A DNA stretch of 64,000 bases, taken from NCBI GenBank assembly GCA_963845755.1, contig CAWJTV010000011.1:800001-864000 (forward strand), read 5' to 3'. This DNA is from an uncultured Planctomycetota bacterium. GTDB lineage: Bacteria; Planctomycetota; Planctomycetia; Isosphaerales; Isosphaeraceae. Below are positions 1-11,071 of this stretch, one piece after another (position 1 is the first letter of the stretch; every line of letters starts with the position of its first letter). The notes below the pieces were generated by a model, which made no database searches, had not been told where the DNA came from, and saw only the letters and a list, made by a program, of their open reading frames with translations. The translations under genes were made by a program, and so were the position numbers.

Positions 1-828
1 GACCTTGTGCGACTGGGGGTCCGGGCCGTTCGCGACGGTCGGGTCAACGAACGCGAGGTACGCCTGGGGCAGATTGTTCTCGTCGGGCTCGACTCCGCCG
101 TGTCCGGCGAAGTGGAGGACGTGCCAGGTGCCGGACCTGAGCCGGTTGTTGAGCTCCTCCAGCGTCGGCGGCTCACAGAACTCCAGTACGGCCTGCCCCC
201 GGTCGACGGCCGGCTTCAGGGCGTTCTGGATCGCGAGCTTTTCCTTGGCCGTGTCGGCGGGCGGGAAGTCGGCCGGCGCCGAGACGACCGCCAGGTACCG
301 GAGTGGCCCGGCGACGTCGAGGGGGCTGACGGTCGGGCGTTCCTCGAGCGCCCGGCTGATCGGGGTCGTGGTGTCGGTGGTGACGTACAGGGGAAGCGTC
401 GCGGTCTCGGGCCGGCGGAGCAGCTCGAGCGGCAGGTCGGACAGCGCGGCCATGGTGTCCGAAGGCGTGTCGGCCTGGTCGGGGCTCTTGAAGACGACCA
501 CGATGGGCAGGAGCGCGTGACTGCGGGCTTGCTCGTTATAGCATGCGTTGAGCGAACCCCTCAGGTCGGGCGTCAGGATCGAGTCCCAGACCTTGTGGCC
601 AAGGTCGTGGAGGAAGTTCGAGTCGGCCCGGAACGCGGGGCTGCGGAGCTTCGCGAGGTCGGCGGCCGGCAGCTTCGAGGTCGTCACCCCCTTGTCGCCG
701 ATCTCATCCGGGAGCGGGCAGACGTCGAGGTGGACGCGCCATTCCCGGGGCGTGGAGGTTGCTCCCGACGTTGGGACAGGGTCCGCCGGCGAGAGGATGA
801 TGCGGAACTCGCTCGATTCGGTCGGCAT
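1..828 (-). CDS. CHAT (caspase-like) domain protein, 3' end outside window; one frameshift near 200
   Basis: Not in the ORF track; read by hand on the minus strand from ATG 828: MPTESSEFRIILSP...LSDLPLELL...LRYLAVVSAPADFP...(frameshift) PTLEELNNRLRSGTWHVLHFAGHGG. HF.GHG is the CHAT catalytic-His motif. Confidence 0.75.
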   Translation of the reverse strand, partial: MPTESSEFRIILSPADPVPTSGATSTPREWRVHLDVCPLPDEIGDKGVTTSKLPAADLAKLRSPAFRADSNFLHDLGHKVWDSILTPDLRGSLNACYNEQARSHALLPIVVVFKSPDQADTPSDTMAALSDLPLELLRRPETATLPLYVTTDTTTPISRALEERPTVSPLDVAGPLRYLAVVSAPADFPPADTAKEKLAIQNALKPAVDRGQAVLEFCEPPTLEELNNRLRSGTWHVLHFAGHGGVEPDENNLPQAYLAFVDPTVANGPDPQSHKV

Positions 829-834
829 CGGACG

Positions 835-2085
835 TCACTCCCGGGGGGTCTCGAGTTTCTTGGCGGCCTCCTCGGCGCGTGTCTTCTCTTGGATGAAGTG
901 GGAGATCTGGCTCTGCGGCATCACGCCCCCGCTCTGACGGAGCTGATCGGCGAGCTGGTTCGTGAGCTTGGCCCGAAGCGCGGCTTCGATCTCCAGGGCC
1001 TTGCGCTGCGCCGGGTTGGCCGACGGCTGCCCTGGTCGGAAGTCGAAGGGGCGCCCGACCGGGTCGCGCAGGTAGAGGGCGAAGGCGGGAAGGTCGGGGA
1101 CCACCGCGTTGGCTGCGTCGGGCTGTCCAGCCCTCCAGGCCGCCTCGATGAGGTCGCACTGGGTGTGGGCGAGGGCCTTGTAGAACGCCTTCCAGAAGCG
1201 GGTCGAACGGTCACGGTTAACCTGGTACTGGTTCGCGACCATCGACGGCAGGCTGAGGGCGGACGACGACTGGGCGAGCCGCGGGAATCCGAGGATCTGG
1301 TAGTTCCTGACCTCCGACGGCGAACTCAGGCAGAGCAGGCCGACCGACGGGGGCAGCATCCCGGCGAGCCGCGAGGGGGTCACCCAGTCGGACAGCTTGC
1401 GCTCGTCCTCGCAGACCAGGCACCCCTCCCCACGGCTCAGCGCGGCGTGGCCGATGAAGTGCAGCACATGGGGCTGGTGTTCGGCCAAGGCCCGGGACAG
1501 CGGCAGCATGATGGGGACGCTGAATAGCGCTTCGAAGCCAGCTTCCCTGATCGCCGAGCGGGCGATCTCGATCTCTTCGCGCGTGTCGTAGCCCACCTTG
1601 ACATCCGGTGCGCTGGCCACGACCATCACCCGAAGTTTGGAGACAGCCTGCGGCGGAGGCGCCAGCCGGCGCGGGACCCACCTCGCGAGGCGATAGGCCG
1701 GCCGCAGCGCGAATGGTGGCCCGGCGCCATCGGTCAGCCACTCCCAGGGAAGCTCGTAGGGCACATGGGAGCCGCTGCTGATCTTGATCCGCAGCACCAG
1801 GGCGCCCTCAGGCCCCGGGGGCGATAGGATAGCCCGCCGTACCGCCTCCGGCAGCGCGTCCCAGAGGCGGGGGCCGCACTCGGGCGGGGGTACGCCTCGG
1901 ATACCGCCGTCCGGCCCGCGGCGTTCCCCCTCACGTCGCCACAGGCCCCCGGGGACGAGAAACGACCCGACATCTTCCGCCCGCTCCTCGAACAGGTCCT
2001 TCTCGGTGCGGCCGAGAAGGACGTGATAGGCGCCTTCCCGGCGCGGGGAGGGCGAGAAGTCGAGACAAAGCTCACGGAATGGCAT
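835..2085 (-). CDS. CHAT-like domain protein, catalytic Cys apparently absent
   Basis: MPFRELCLDF... start with AAGGGG RBS-like site; ELPWEWL, LRVMVVASAP and HVLHFIGHA motifs; expected L-x-A-C reads LCLSSP. Confidence 0.75.
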   Translation of the reverse strand: MPFRELCLDFSPSPRREGAYHVLLGRTEKDLFEERAEDVGSFLVPGGLWRREGERRGPDGGIRGVPPPECGPRLWDALPEAVRRAILSPPGPEGALVLRIKISSGSHVPYELPWEWLTDGAGPPFALRPAYRLARWVPRRLAPPPQAVSKLRVMVVASAPDVKVGYDTREEIEIARSAIREAGFEALFSVPIMLPLSRALAEHQPHVLHFIGHAALSRGEGCLVCEDERKLSDWVTPSRLAGMLPPSVGLLCLSSPSEVRNYQILGFPRLAQSSSALSLPSMVANQYQVNRDRSTRFWKAFYKALAHTQCDLIEAAWRAGQPDAANAVVPDLPAFALYLRDPVGRPFDFRPGQPSANPAQRKALEIEAALRAKLTNQLADQLRQSGGVMPQSQISHFIQEKTRAEEAAKKLETPRE

Positions 2086-2123
2086 GGGCGTTGACCCCTT
2101 CGTTGCGGCGCATCGGGCCGGGC

Positions 2124-3600
2124 TCAGAGCTTGTCCGCGAACCCTGAAATGAACTGCTTGTGACGGGCGCTGTTGTTGCCCCAGCGAAGGCCGAACTGGC
2201 CGTTGGCTCGGATCAGCTCCGCCGTGCGCTCGCCGACCTTCTTGAGGTTGTCGCTCAGGTCGCCCGCCTCGGCCGCGTCGTTCGCCGCCAGCCGTGCGGC
2301 GGCGGCGCAGTACCGTGGCCGGAGCTGGCTCGGCCGGTTCTGGCCCGACCTCAGGTAAGCGGCCGCGTTGCGGATCATCGCGTCGCTGCCGGCGGTGTAA
2401 GGGATGAGCTCGCGGACTGTTTTCAGCCTCAGAGCCGGCCGTTTCGAAATCCATGAGGGCGCGGAACACCGCCGGGAAGTCCGCCTGGAACTTGCGCAGC
2501 GGCTCCGGGTCGCCGTACGTGGCCCTCCAGGCCGCGTCGATGCGGTCGGCGTGCCTGGCCACCACGTCGCGCTGCGCTGCGGCGGCCGGCCCGTCGGGGA
2601 TGAGGGTCCGGATATAAGTGGTGTTCATGAGGATCCGCACATAGTGCGTCGGGTGCGGGTCATCCTTGTCGTAGCTCGTCACCTCCTTGGCGGGCAAGAG
2701 CAGCAGGCGCATCAGGGTGTCGGTGTAGGCCGGTCCGACGAGCTGGAGTGCGACGAGGTCGGCGAAGGTCTCGGCCTGCCAGTCCTTCCAGACGTCGACC
2801 CGGTCGTTGGGCGCGCCCGCGGCCCTGAGCTCCGCCTCCAGGGCTTGAAGCAGCTCGTCGCGCAGGGCGAGGTCGGATTCCAGGTCGTGCCCGACCTCAT
2901 GCGCGAGGGTGAGGAAGTCCCAGGGGGTCTCGGCGTGATCCCAGGGGAGCTCGATGACCGGGATCGGCGTGCGGTACTCACCGCGTCGGGGCCGCCTGAG
3001 GCCCTCCGGGTAGCTGCCGCGAACCCACGTGGCCGGCGAGAACTCGGACGTGAAGTAGCACAGGGGCGGCTCGCGGAAGTCGTCCCGCTGGATGATCCCG
3101 GCCGTCACGGCCTTCTCCATGGTGTCCCGGTAACAGTCGAAAGCGATGGTGTCGGCCAGCCAGAGCGAATCCTTGTAGCTCGGGTCGAACCGGAGCTGGA
3201 GCTTGCTGCGGAAGAAGTCCCAGACGAACTGTGACCGGAGGATCTGGTTCACCAGCTCGGACGACTGGTCGAGGTATTCCGTCAGTCCGCCGGCCGGCTG
3301 AAGTCCGTTGATCAGGTCGGCCTGGCCGTCCTTGAACACGTCCATGAGGATCTTGACGGCCTCGATCTGGCTGAAGTGGACGTCCATATCCAGGATCGTC
3401 CGGGCGCGGGTCTGCCAGTAATAAACTTCTGTGGGGATGGCGCTGACGCGCCGCCTCAGCTCCTCCTTGTGGACGGTGAGGACGGCCTTGAGCGGCTCGT
3501 CGGCCGTCTCGGCCAGGACGTCCGCCGAGGGGAGCGAGACACCGGCCAGGCCGATGGCCGCGCCGACCTGGCAGAGAAACTCACGACGGTCTGTCTTCAT
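2124..3600 (-). CDS. HExxH putative zinc metallopeptidase with twin-arginine-like N-terminus; frameshift near 2430
   Basis: MKTDRREFLCQVGAAIGLAG...; LAHEVGHDLE, downstream ETFAD and PHP motifs; C-terminus supplied by ORF 2124..2378; GGAGG upstream of ATG 3600. Confidence 0.7.
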
Positions 3601-4139
3601 GAGGTCCACCCTCCGGAGGATCCAGCGTCATCGACAGGTCCTTGGCTCGCACGATGCGTCCGGCTCGAAGCAGGAGGCCGTGAACGGGTGCCGTGCCGGA
3701 TCATCCTCCCGAGCGGACGTCGCCCAGGGACGACCGGCAAGGCGTGGCTACGCTTCGCCGACGCGCTTCTCTAGGGTAGTCGGGAAAGCGCGGCTTTGCC
3801 CGCCAATTCTAGCCCAATGCTAGATATTGGTTAATGTGAACATTTGTAATATAATTGACAGCAGCCCCGATCTCGGCGCCGTTCGGCATGTAAGAACAAC
3901 TTGTATCGCACCCGGGCCGGGAATTGTCGAATTGAAGCCGAATCCCCTGCACTACGGGGAAAAAAGGCTGTCGCCGCGGATGGCCGATACACGATGAGCA
4001 ATACGTCGTCCATCGAATCGACCGTGATTTCCATGGCTTCAACACCGGTCTCCGTGCTATCCCGGAGAGTGCAAATCCTACCGCCCGTGCGAAAGTGCCG
4101 CACGGCTCGACCAATCGGCACGCTGGAGTCACGCCCATC

Positions 4140-5683
4140 ATGAAATATGCGCTCCACGATCTGACGCCGCTGTTGGCCTCCGCGGTGATGACGGTCCTGT
4201 GCGCCTCGGCAGTCGGCCTCCAGTGGCCGGTCCCTTCGCCCCAAGCCGTGACTGCGGCGGCCCAAGCAGGCGAACGCCGGAGCCTCTTGCTGATCACGGC
4301 GGGCCCCGGCCTCGACTACCGGAAGCTGGGCCCGGCCGTCGCCATCCACGACCACTATTATGAGAGCGAAGGGGGTACCTTGCGACATCGTCTCCTGGCC
4401 GTGCCCCGGAATGCCGATCTCTCCGGGCTCGAGGCGCTGCCACTGACGTACAGGGTCCTCGATCCGAGGCCCGCCGCGGGTGGCTACGCCTGGGTGTCCG
4501 GGGCGGCTCGGAACCGGCCTGGGATCGAGCGGGCGGGGGGCCGTGTGCTCCTGGAACGGGCCGGCTCGTCGCACCTGGTCGCGCTGCCAGAGCCCGGTGG
4601 GGAACGACGGCTGGCGGAGGTGCTCCCGTCCGCGCGTGTCCGGGCGATCGACCTCGCCCGGGAAATCCGCCCCGACTGGATCGCGCCGGGCGCCCCACGC
4701 GTCGACCTGCGCCGTAGGGCCGCAGGCCGTAACGCCCAGGTCGAGGCCCTGCTTGCGGGCGTAAGCGACGACGACTGCCGCCGGCTCCTCGAACAGCTCA
4801 CCGGCGCCACGCCGATCACGCTCGGCACGGAGTCGCGGTTGATCCGCACCCGGTTCGCCGGCGGAGACGATATCGTCCCGCTGACGAACTGGCTGGCGGA
4901 GGAGTTCCGGCAGATGGGACTGGACGCCCGGATCGACACGTTCCCCTCGTCGCAGGGCCGCGACCTGCCCCAGGTCGAGGCCACTCTCGTGGGGGCCGAC
5001 CTGAAGGATGAGTTCGTGCTGATCACGGCCCACCTCGACGCCGTCCGCGGGACCCCCGGCGCCGACGACAACGCCTCGGGGATCGCCGCGATGGTCGGCG
5101 CGGCTCGCCGGCTCGCCGGGCAGACCCTGCGTCGTTCCGTCCGCTTCGTCGCCTTCAATGACGAGGAGCAGGGGCTGGTCGGCAGCGTCAACTACGCGCG
5201 TCGCCTCGCCTCCGAGGGCGCGCGATCGCGGGCGTCCTCAACATGGACATGGTCGCCTACGACCGGGACGGCGACGGACGCATCCAGCTCCAGGCCAACG
5301 GAACGCCCGAAGGCGACCGGCTCTGCGAGGCGCTCACGACCGGCGCCCGCACCTACGCGCTGGCCCTGAACCTCGTGAAGGTGGTCGACCCGGAGGAGTC
5401 CAGCGATTACGCTGCGTTCTGGCGCGTCGGCATTCCGGCGATCAACATCGGTGACGAGTATTTCCTGTGCAAGGGCGACTGCGTCACGCCGCCCGACCGC
5501 GGGATCACGCCACCGAAAGGGGATTTTACCCCGTGCTATCACCGCCCGTGCGATCGCCTTGACGACCCGGGATTCCGCCGCGACCTTGTGCTCGCGGTGA
5601 CGCGCATGCTCATCGCCGGGGCGAGCGAACTGGCCGAGCTCCAGGCACCCGGCAGCGACCATTCGTCGAAGCCGTCGCGTTGA
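4140..5683 (+). CDS. M28 family metallopeptidase, secreted; frameshift near 5225
   Basis: TAHLD, GADDNASG, FNDEEQGLVGS, NMDM, SDYAAF and YH motifs across ORFs 4095..5369 and 5243..5683; hydrophobic N-terminal signal. Confidence 0.85.
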
Positions 5684-5739
5684 ACGAGGGCGTGCGAGGG
5701 ACAACGTCATCCTCCGAACTCCAGAAAAGGACCGAACCC

Positions 5740-6245
5740 ATGCGACCTCCCTTGACGATCGCTGCGTGTCTCGCCCTCATCGCCACCCCCGGCCTCGCGC
5801 AGCGCAACGGGTTGTTTACCTCGTTCGCCACGCCGAGAAGACCGATGACGCGACTGACCCCTCGCTGACCGACGACGGGGTCAAGCGGGCCAAGACGCTG
5901 GCCCGCATGCTGGGCCAGGCGCGCGTTGACGCGATTTACGTCAGCGGCGCCCGCCGTACCCAGCAGACCGCCAAGCCGCTGGCGACCGCCCTGGGAATCA
6001 CCCCGGTCGTCATCGGCGACGGCGACCCCCAGAAGACATTCGACGCGATCCGTAAGGACCACGCCGACGACGTCGTGCTCGTCGTGGGCCATTCCGACTC
6101 GGTGCCAGACATGATCAAGCTCTGGGCGCCGGGGGCCGACGCCAAGATCCAGGATCCCGAATTCGACAAGCTGTTCGTCGTCGTGCCCAGGCCCTCCGGC
6201 CCTGCGGGTTGGACGATGTTCCGCTACCGGATCGACTCGCCCTGA
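5740..6245 (+). CDS. Histidine phosphatase (phosphoglycerate mutase/SixA-like) family protein with signal peptide; frameshift near 5805
   Basis: VYLVRHAEK, RTQQTA and VLVVGHS motifs; signal peptide MRPPLTIAACLALIATPGLA in the upstream frame. Confidence 0.8.
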
Positions 6246-6290
6246 GCGCGGGGCATCCGCGTGGTTTTCCAGAGTCGACATCGGCCAGAC

Positions 6291-6875
6291 TCAGAAGTCC
6301 TGGGCCATCTCGATGGCGGCAACGAACTCGCGGCCCAGCCGACGGGTCAGGGCCGTCCGCTGCTCGTCGTTGAGGGCCTTGAGGACATTCTCGCGGGCCA
6401 GCTCGAACGCCTGCTTCTTGAGTTTCATCAGTCCCTCCTTCGAGTGCCTCTCGGCCGCCAGGCGCCTCTGGAGCGTGGAGAGAACGCGCGCGTTGTCCGC
6501 CCGGGCCGCGCGTAACTTCTTCTCCTGTTCCGGCGCGAGCCGCAACATGCCGAGGTACTCGGTCGGCAACGACCCGCGGATGACCTGAACCTGGCCACGG
6601 ATCTCGTCGAACCGCTTCCTCTGGGACGGGGTGAGGACCTCGGCCGTGCGCCGGTCGAGCTCCGACGGCGGGATCTTTCCGTCCGCGGACCGCTCGAACA
6701 GGCGCCCCAGAGTCTCCTTCTGGGGCAGCTCGAGCTTGAGGTCCTCCTGCACCTGGGCGTATCGGAGCAGGTAGGGCCACTTGGCGGGCGTGGTCTGCTG
6801 GCCCGGCGCGGGAGCTGACAAACCGGTCGTCACAAGGAGCGCCGCACCGAGGATTGCTGATCGGCTAACTCTCAT
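6291..6875 (-). CDS. Secreted helical hypothetical protein (Spy/CpxP LTxxQ-like repeats)
   Basis: Signal peptide MRVSRSAILGAALL...; VLTPSQRKRF and ALNDEQRTAL repeats; GGAGG RBS. Confidence 0.6.
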   Translation of the reverse strand: MRVSRSAILGAALLVTTGLSAPAPGQQTTPAKWPYLLRYAQVQEDLKLELPQKETLGRLFERSADGKIPPSELDRRTAEVLTPSQRKRFDEIRGQVQVIRGSLPTEYLGMLRLAPEQEKKLRAARADNARVLSTLQRRLAAERHSKEGLMKLKKQAFELARENVLKALNDEQRTALTRRLGREFVAAIEMAQDF

Positions 6876-7054
6876 CGATCCCTCCTGTTGAGATTGACGT
6901 CGGCTCGCACGCGCTCCGGGAGGCGGAGCGATCCGCGAGGAAGCGTCGCCGGAAAAACCGGTGGCAAATTCCTCCCGGCCCCGCGGACCAACGGCCCGAC
7001 GCCCCGCCCCCGGTCGAGGACCTTGAGCGGGGCGTCGATGGTGGGTTGGAGTTT

Positions 7055-7347
7055 TCCTCCGTAGGATCCCTGCCGCATGCCGCGCATCGGCGGGATCCTT
7101 GATTCCGATTCCGGATTCCGGATTCCCGAAACCTCCTTCATCCGGAATCCGGAATTGGGAATCGTGAATGCCTCTTCGGCTGCGGCCGAAGGCCGCGTTA
7201 GAGTCGTCCTCCGTAGGCTCCCTGCGCCGTGCCGCGCCTCTGGGGATTCCGAATTCCGGATTCGCGATTCCGGATTCCCGGATCATTCCCCTTCGGGAAT
7301 CCGGAATCGCGAACGGGAATATGGATTGCGGCCGAAGGCCGCATTAG
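7055..7347. repeat. Two tandem ~145 bp composite palindromic units (GTAG-led hairpin, inverted GGAATCC heptamer arrays, GCGGCC-GAA-GGCCGC hairpin)
   Basis: Units start TCCTCCGTAGG at ~7055 and ~7207; each has GATTCCG runs facing GGAATCC runs and ends TGCGGCCGAAGGCCGC(G/A)TTAG. Confidence 0.8.
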
Positions 7348-7367
7348 GGGGAAACCCTCCGCTCGGT

Positions 7368-8454
7368 TCATCGCCCGGCCGCGCGGGCGGCGCGACGGAT
7401 GTCGGCGCGGAGCGTGGACGGGATATCATAGAGCTTCGGCCGGAAGGTCGTCGTCTGTTCGCGGGTCCGCCGGATCTGACCGGAAGTAAACTCGCTCATG
7501 CAGGCGTCGTCTGTATAATTCATGAAGTTATGAACGGGGTCGAGCCACGGCTTCGTCGAATCGCTCGGGTCCATGTCGCCGGAGCAGGAGTCCGGCACCG
7601 GCGAGGGGCAGCCGAAGTTCACCTGGTGCGGGGGAGTGTCCTTCACGTCGTCGTCCGGAGGCACGCAACCGCCCTGGAACGTGTGGAACAGGCCCACCCA
7701 GTGGCCCACCTCGTGCGTGGCCGTCTGGCCGAGGCCGAACGTGCCGCCCGCGGGGTTGGCGGAGCCGTCCTCGGCCGGCAGGCTCGTGTGCAGGATGACA
7801 ACCCCGTCCATGTCGACGTCGGCGGCGAGGTCCGACGGGAAGGTCGCCCACCCGAGCAGCCCGTCACCGAGGTTGGCCGTGTAGAGATTCAGGAACCGTT
7901 CCGGGTCCTTACCCAGAGTCGTCTTGGCCTCTCGTTCTTCCGCACTGAGGTGGCCCATCGTATACCAGTCCGCGCGGTCGGCGTCGGCGTCAACGTCGGT
8001 GTAGTCGGGGTCGCCGGCCAGCGCGAAATTGAATCCGAAGGTCCGGAATTCTTTGTTCAGCACGTTGATCTGCTGATCAATGCGGGCGCGGCTGACCTTG
8101 CCCTCATTCCCCTTGTGGATGACGTGGAAGGCGACGCGGATCGTCACCTTGTTCGAGGGATTGAGCGAGTCTTCCACCCCGGCGACCCGGCGGACCGCCT
8201 CCGCCGCCAGCCGTGCTCGGCGCATTTGGTTGTCGGTGGGAATCGGTGTGTCGCAACGCCGGCCCGACTCGACGAACTCGCGTACCGTCAACTGCTTGCC
8301 TGCAACCTCCACCTTCCCGGCCTGATCTTGCGGGGCCCCTTGCGCTCGGGCGGCTCGCCATCGGGCGGCCGAACGGCGCCAATGCGAGCAAGCCGAGGGC
8401 CACACCTGTAGGTACGGCAAGCAACAGCGCAAACTTCCTGGCCCTGTACATCAT
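7368..8454 (-). CDS. M43 (pappalysin/ulilysin-like) zinc metalloprotease, secreted; frameshift near the 5' end
   Basis: ATHEVGHWVGLFHTF (HExxHxxGxxH), NFMNYTDD Met-turn and FTSGQIRR; signal peptide in the 8104..8550 frame. Confidence 0.88.
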
Positions 8455-8796
8455 GGTTGTCTCCCTTTTCCCGATCAGGAAAGCCTGTGCGACTGCCGAA
8501 ATGAACGCGATGCCCCTCCCGCTCGGCAGATTCAGAGGGGGCAGCTCCAAACCGAGGTGATGGTCCCATCGCGGTCGAGAGTGACGAGATCTCCGCCATG
8601 GAGGCCGAATTGCACGAAGAGATGGTTCGAACAGGCCGTGCGTCGCGCCTTCTCCCGGGCGTCAGCGCGATTGCACAGTCGGCGAGCGACAGAACGGACG
8701 GCGAACGCCGGGAGAATCCCGATCGGGATTCTCCCTTCGAGAGCGTCCACTCGGCGCTCTCGCTTTCGAACGGGCGAGGCCATCGCGGCTGGCTTC

Positions 8797-9265
8797 TCAG
8801 CGACACCTGTCGGCCACGGCCGGCGATTGAGCCGGCGGGAGTTCGAAACCGGTCAAGGAATCCGTGTCAGATAGGTCTGGGTCTCACCGACGGCGACGAT
8901 ACTCTCCGTCCCGGCGATCGGTGGATCGCGGCGTAACACGCTCAGGGTGCGCTGAAACCGATCGTCGATCCAATATTCCTATCGAAATCCCGTCCCCGGT
9001 CGCGTCACGGCCCGGAGACGAACTCGACCACGACACTGGGGATATCGCGGGCGGTGTCGGGGACTCGCCCCTGGCGCTCGGGCAAGGTCAGGTCCAGGGT
9101 GGTCCCCTGGGAATGATTCGCCCGATAGTTCCTCAGCATCACACCCAGTTCTTCATCCGGATCGCTCTCGGCTTCCGACGGGATCGGTGTTCCGGCCACG
9201 ACTCCGCTGATCAACTCGTGGCCGTGCCGTTCGTCGTAGGTTGTGACGGCGTCCAGATCAGCCGG
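8797..9265 (-). pseudogene. Degraded Uma2 family endonuclease
   Basis: ELISGVV...PIPSEAESDPDEELG...IPSVVVEFVS and later GFELP, with internal deletions, stops and frameshifts. Confidence 0.55.
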
Positions 9266-9266
9266 A

Positions 9267-10304
9267 TCAATCCTCGTCCGGGTCGGTCGGGGTACCGAGG
9301 ATCTCGGCCACATCCCAGAGCCGGACGTGGTTGTCGCCGCCGCAGGCGGCGAGCGTTCGGCCATCGGCGGAATACGCCACCTGGGTCAGCCGCGAGGATT
9401 GTCCATCGAGGCGGATTCGCTGGCTGCCGGTGGCAACCCACCAGAGTCGGACCATGCCGTCGTTGCCCGCCGTGGCCAGGGTCGATCCATCCGGCGAGAA
9501 ACCGACTGCGGTGGTGCCATAGGTATGTCCCGCGACCTGACGGCACAACCGGCCGGTCGTCAGGTCTCGGATCCGGACTGCCTGCGCTCGACCGGACATG
9601 CGGCGGCGAGCAGGGTGCCGTCCGGCGAGAAGCGCGATCGAGGAGATCGGGCCTAACGACCCGCTCCCCAACAGTCGGCTACGGCCAGTCTCGAGATCCC
9701 AGAGGTTGATCCGTTGCTCCTCGCGTTCTCCCGATAAGAGGGAACTGCCCGTCGGGCGAGAACGCCAGACACAAGGCCGGAAATCGGCCGTGGAGTGTCG
9801 CCTGCACGCGGTCTCGCGGCGAGGTCCCAGAGCAGGATGTCTCCATTGCGTTCGGTCGTCGCCGCGAGGGTGCGGCCGTCGGGCGAGAAGGCCAGGGCCC
9901 GGGTCTGGCATATCGGCGCGTCCCGCAGTCGTCGTGTTCCACACGACGCCAGGTCGAAGAGCGAAGAGGTCGGCCTCGACGCCTCCCATCGCCAGGAATC
10001 GGCCGCTGGGCGAGAAGGCCACGCCCCAGGCCCGGCTGTGGTCGTCGAGGAATCGCGGGAGGCCCCAACCGTCCTGAAGATCGCGCAAGGCCACGCGCCC
10101 CTCGTGATTCGTGGTCGCGACCGTCTTGCCGTCCGGAGCGAGCGCGAAGCCGAGCGTCAGGACGCCGGGCTGGCCACGAGCCAACCGCATTCGAATCGGC
10201 TCGCGGCTCGGCTCGCCACTCGAGAGCCACGCCAGACCGAAGAGCCCCAGCAGGATGAGACTCTTGAGTCCCCAGGACGGGAACACGACCCATTTCCGTC
10301 CCAT
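9267..10304 (-). CDS. WD40 repeat protein with N-terminal membrane anchor; compensating frameshifts
   Basis: Repeated xAFSPDG...LA...G.DxxVRLWD blades across frames. Confidence 0.8.
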   Translation of the reverse strand: MGRKWVVFPSWGLKSLILLGLFGLAWLSSGEPSREPIRMRLARGQPGVLTLGFALAPDGKTVATTNHEGRVALRDLQDGWGLPRFLDDHSRAWGVAFSPSGRFLAMGGVEADLFALRPGVVWNTTTAGRADMPDPGPGLLARRPHPRGDDRTQWRHPALGPRRETACRRHSTADFRPCVWRSRPTGSSLLSGEREEQRINLWDLETGRSRLLGSGSLGPISSIALLAGRHPARRRMSGRAQAVRIRDLTTGRLCRQVAGHTYGTTAVGFSPDGSTLATAGNDGMVRLWWVATGSQRIRLDGQSSRLTQVAYSADGRTLAACGGDNHVRLWDVAEILGTPTDPDED

Positions 10305-11071
10305 GCCCGCTCCCTCCCGATGCCACGGGTTGGATTCAACCCGGCGGGCGTCTCGTTCGAGGTTACAAAATTCGTCGTACGACTACAATAATAGTCATAA
10401 GGGGCCGTTTGTCAACGAGGTACATCGGATTCTCTTCCACGGGCGAGCGCGTCGAGGCGGCTCGTCGGATCGGCCGGTGTTGGATCGATCACTGCCTTGG
10501 ATCGAGCTTTCCCGCCGGGTGCTCCGGGGCGTCAGGCTGGGAAGCCGGGGGTTACGAATGTTGTGGCCGTGGGCCGCGTGAAATGCCGCTTCCTATCAGA
10601 CAAGGCGCCGTCCGGCCCCCGATGAGGCGAGCGCGATCATGGGCATTCTCGTTTTTCCGCTCGGTCGCTGCCTTCAAGGGTCGATATCCGAGTGGCTCTG
10701 ATCTCCGAGGGACATAGGACTCCAACACACTGGTCAACACAAGAGCCCTCTTCGCGCCGGGTGGCACACGAGGGCTTCGTGGTTGCCTCCGGGCTTCAAC
10801 GAGCGGCGGTTGGCCGTTTGCCAGGGTCATTCACGAACCACCGCGAGCGTCGCGGTGTCCATGGCATCGGGACGATGTTCCCGCACGAGGAGGCTGGACC
10901 GATGACCGCGCGACGAATCGTCACCGTGTTATCCGACAAGATCGCTGCCCACCGCTCCGCGTTCGCCACCTGAAGGACGGGGACCGGTCGGGGATCGAAT
11001 GCGCAACCGTAGGAGCACGCTCCGCCGTCGCTTCCTGGTCGCGTACGTCTATCTTCAAGAGGGCCGATCCC

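Noticed and set aside
835..3609. Single 924-aa peptidase-CHAT fusion in the ORF track
   Set aside because: The middle is out-of-frame low-complexity sequence. A frameshift near 2430 restores a stop at 2124, and the CHAT gene has its own RBS and ATG at 2085.
7055..7347. Repeat region as a CRISPR array
   Set aside because: Only two degenerate units with heptamer periodicity, no unique spacers and no cas genes.
8532..8936. Short ORFs 8532..8783 (-) and 8598..8936 (+)
   Set aside because: No clear RBS or motif, and partly overlapping the Uma2 remnant; coding status unsupported.
10363..10400. GACTA-N6-TAGTC inverted repeat as an operator upstream of the WD40 gene
   Set aside because: Too short to support without a cognate regulator or comparative data.
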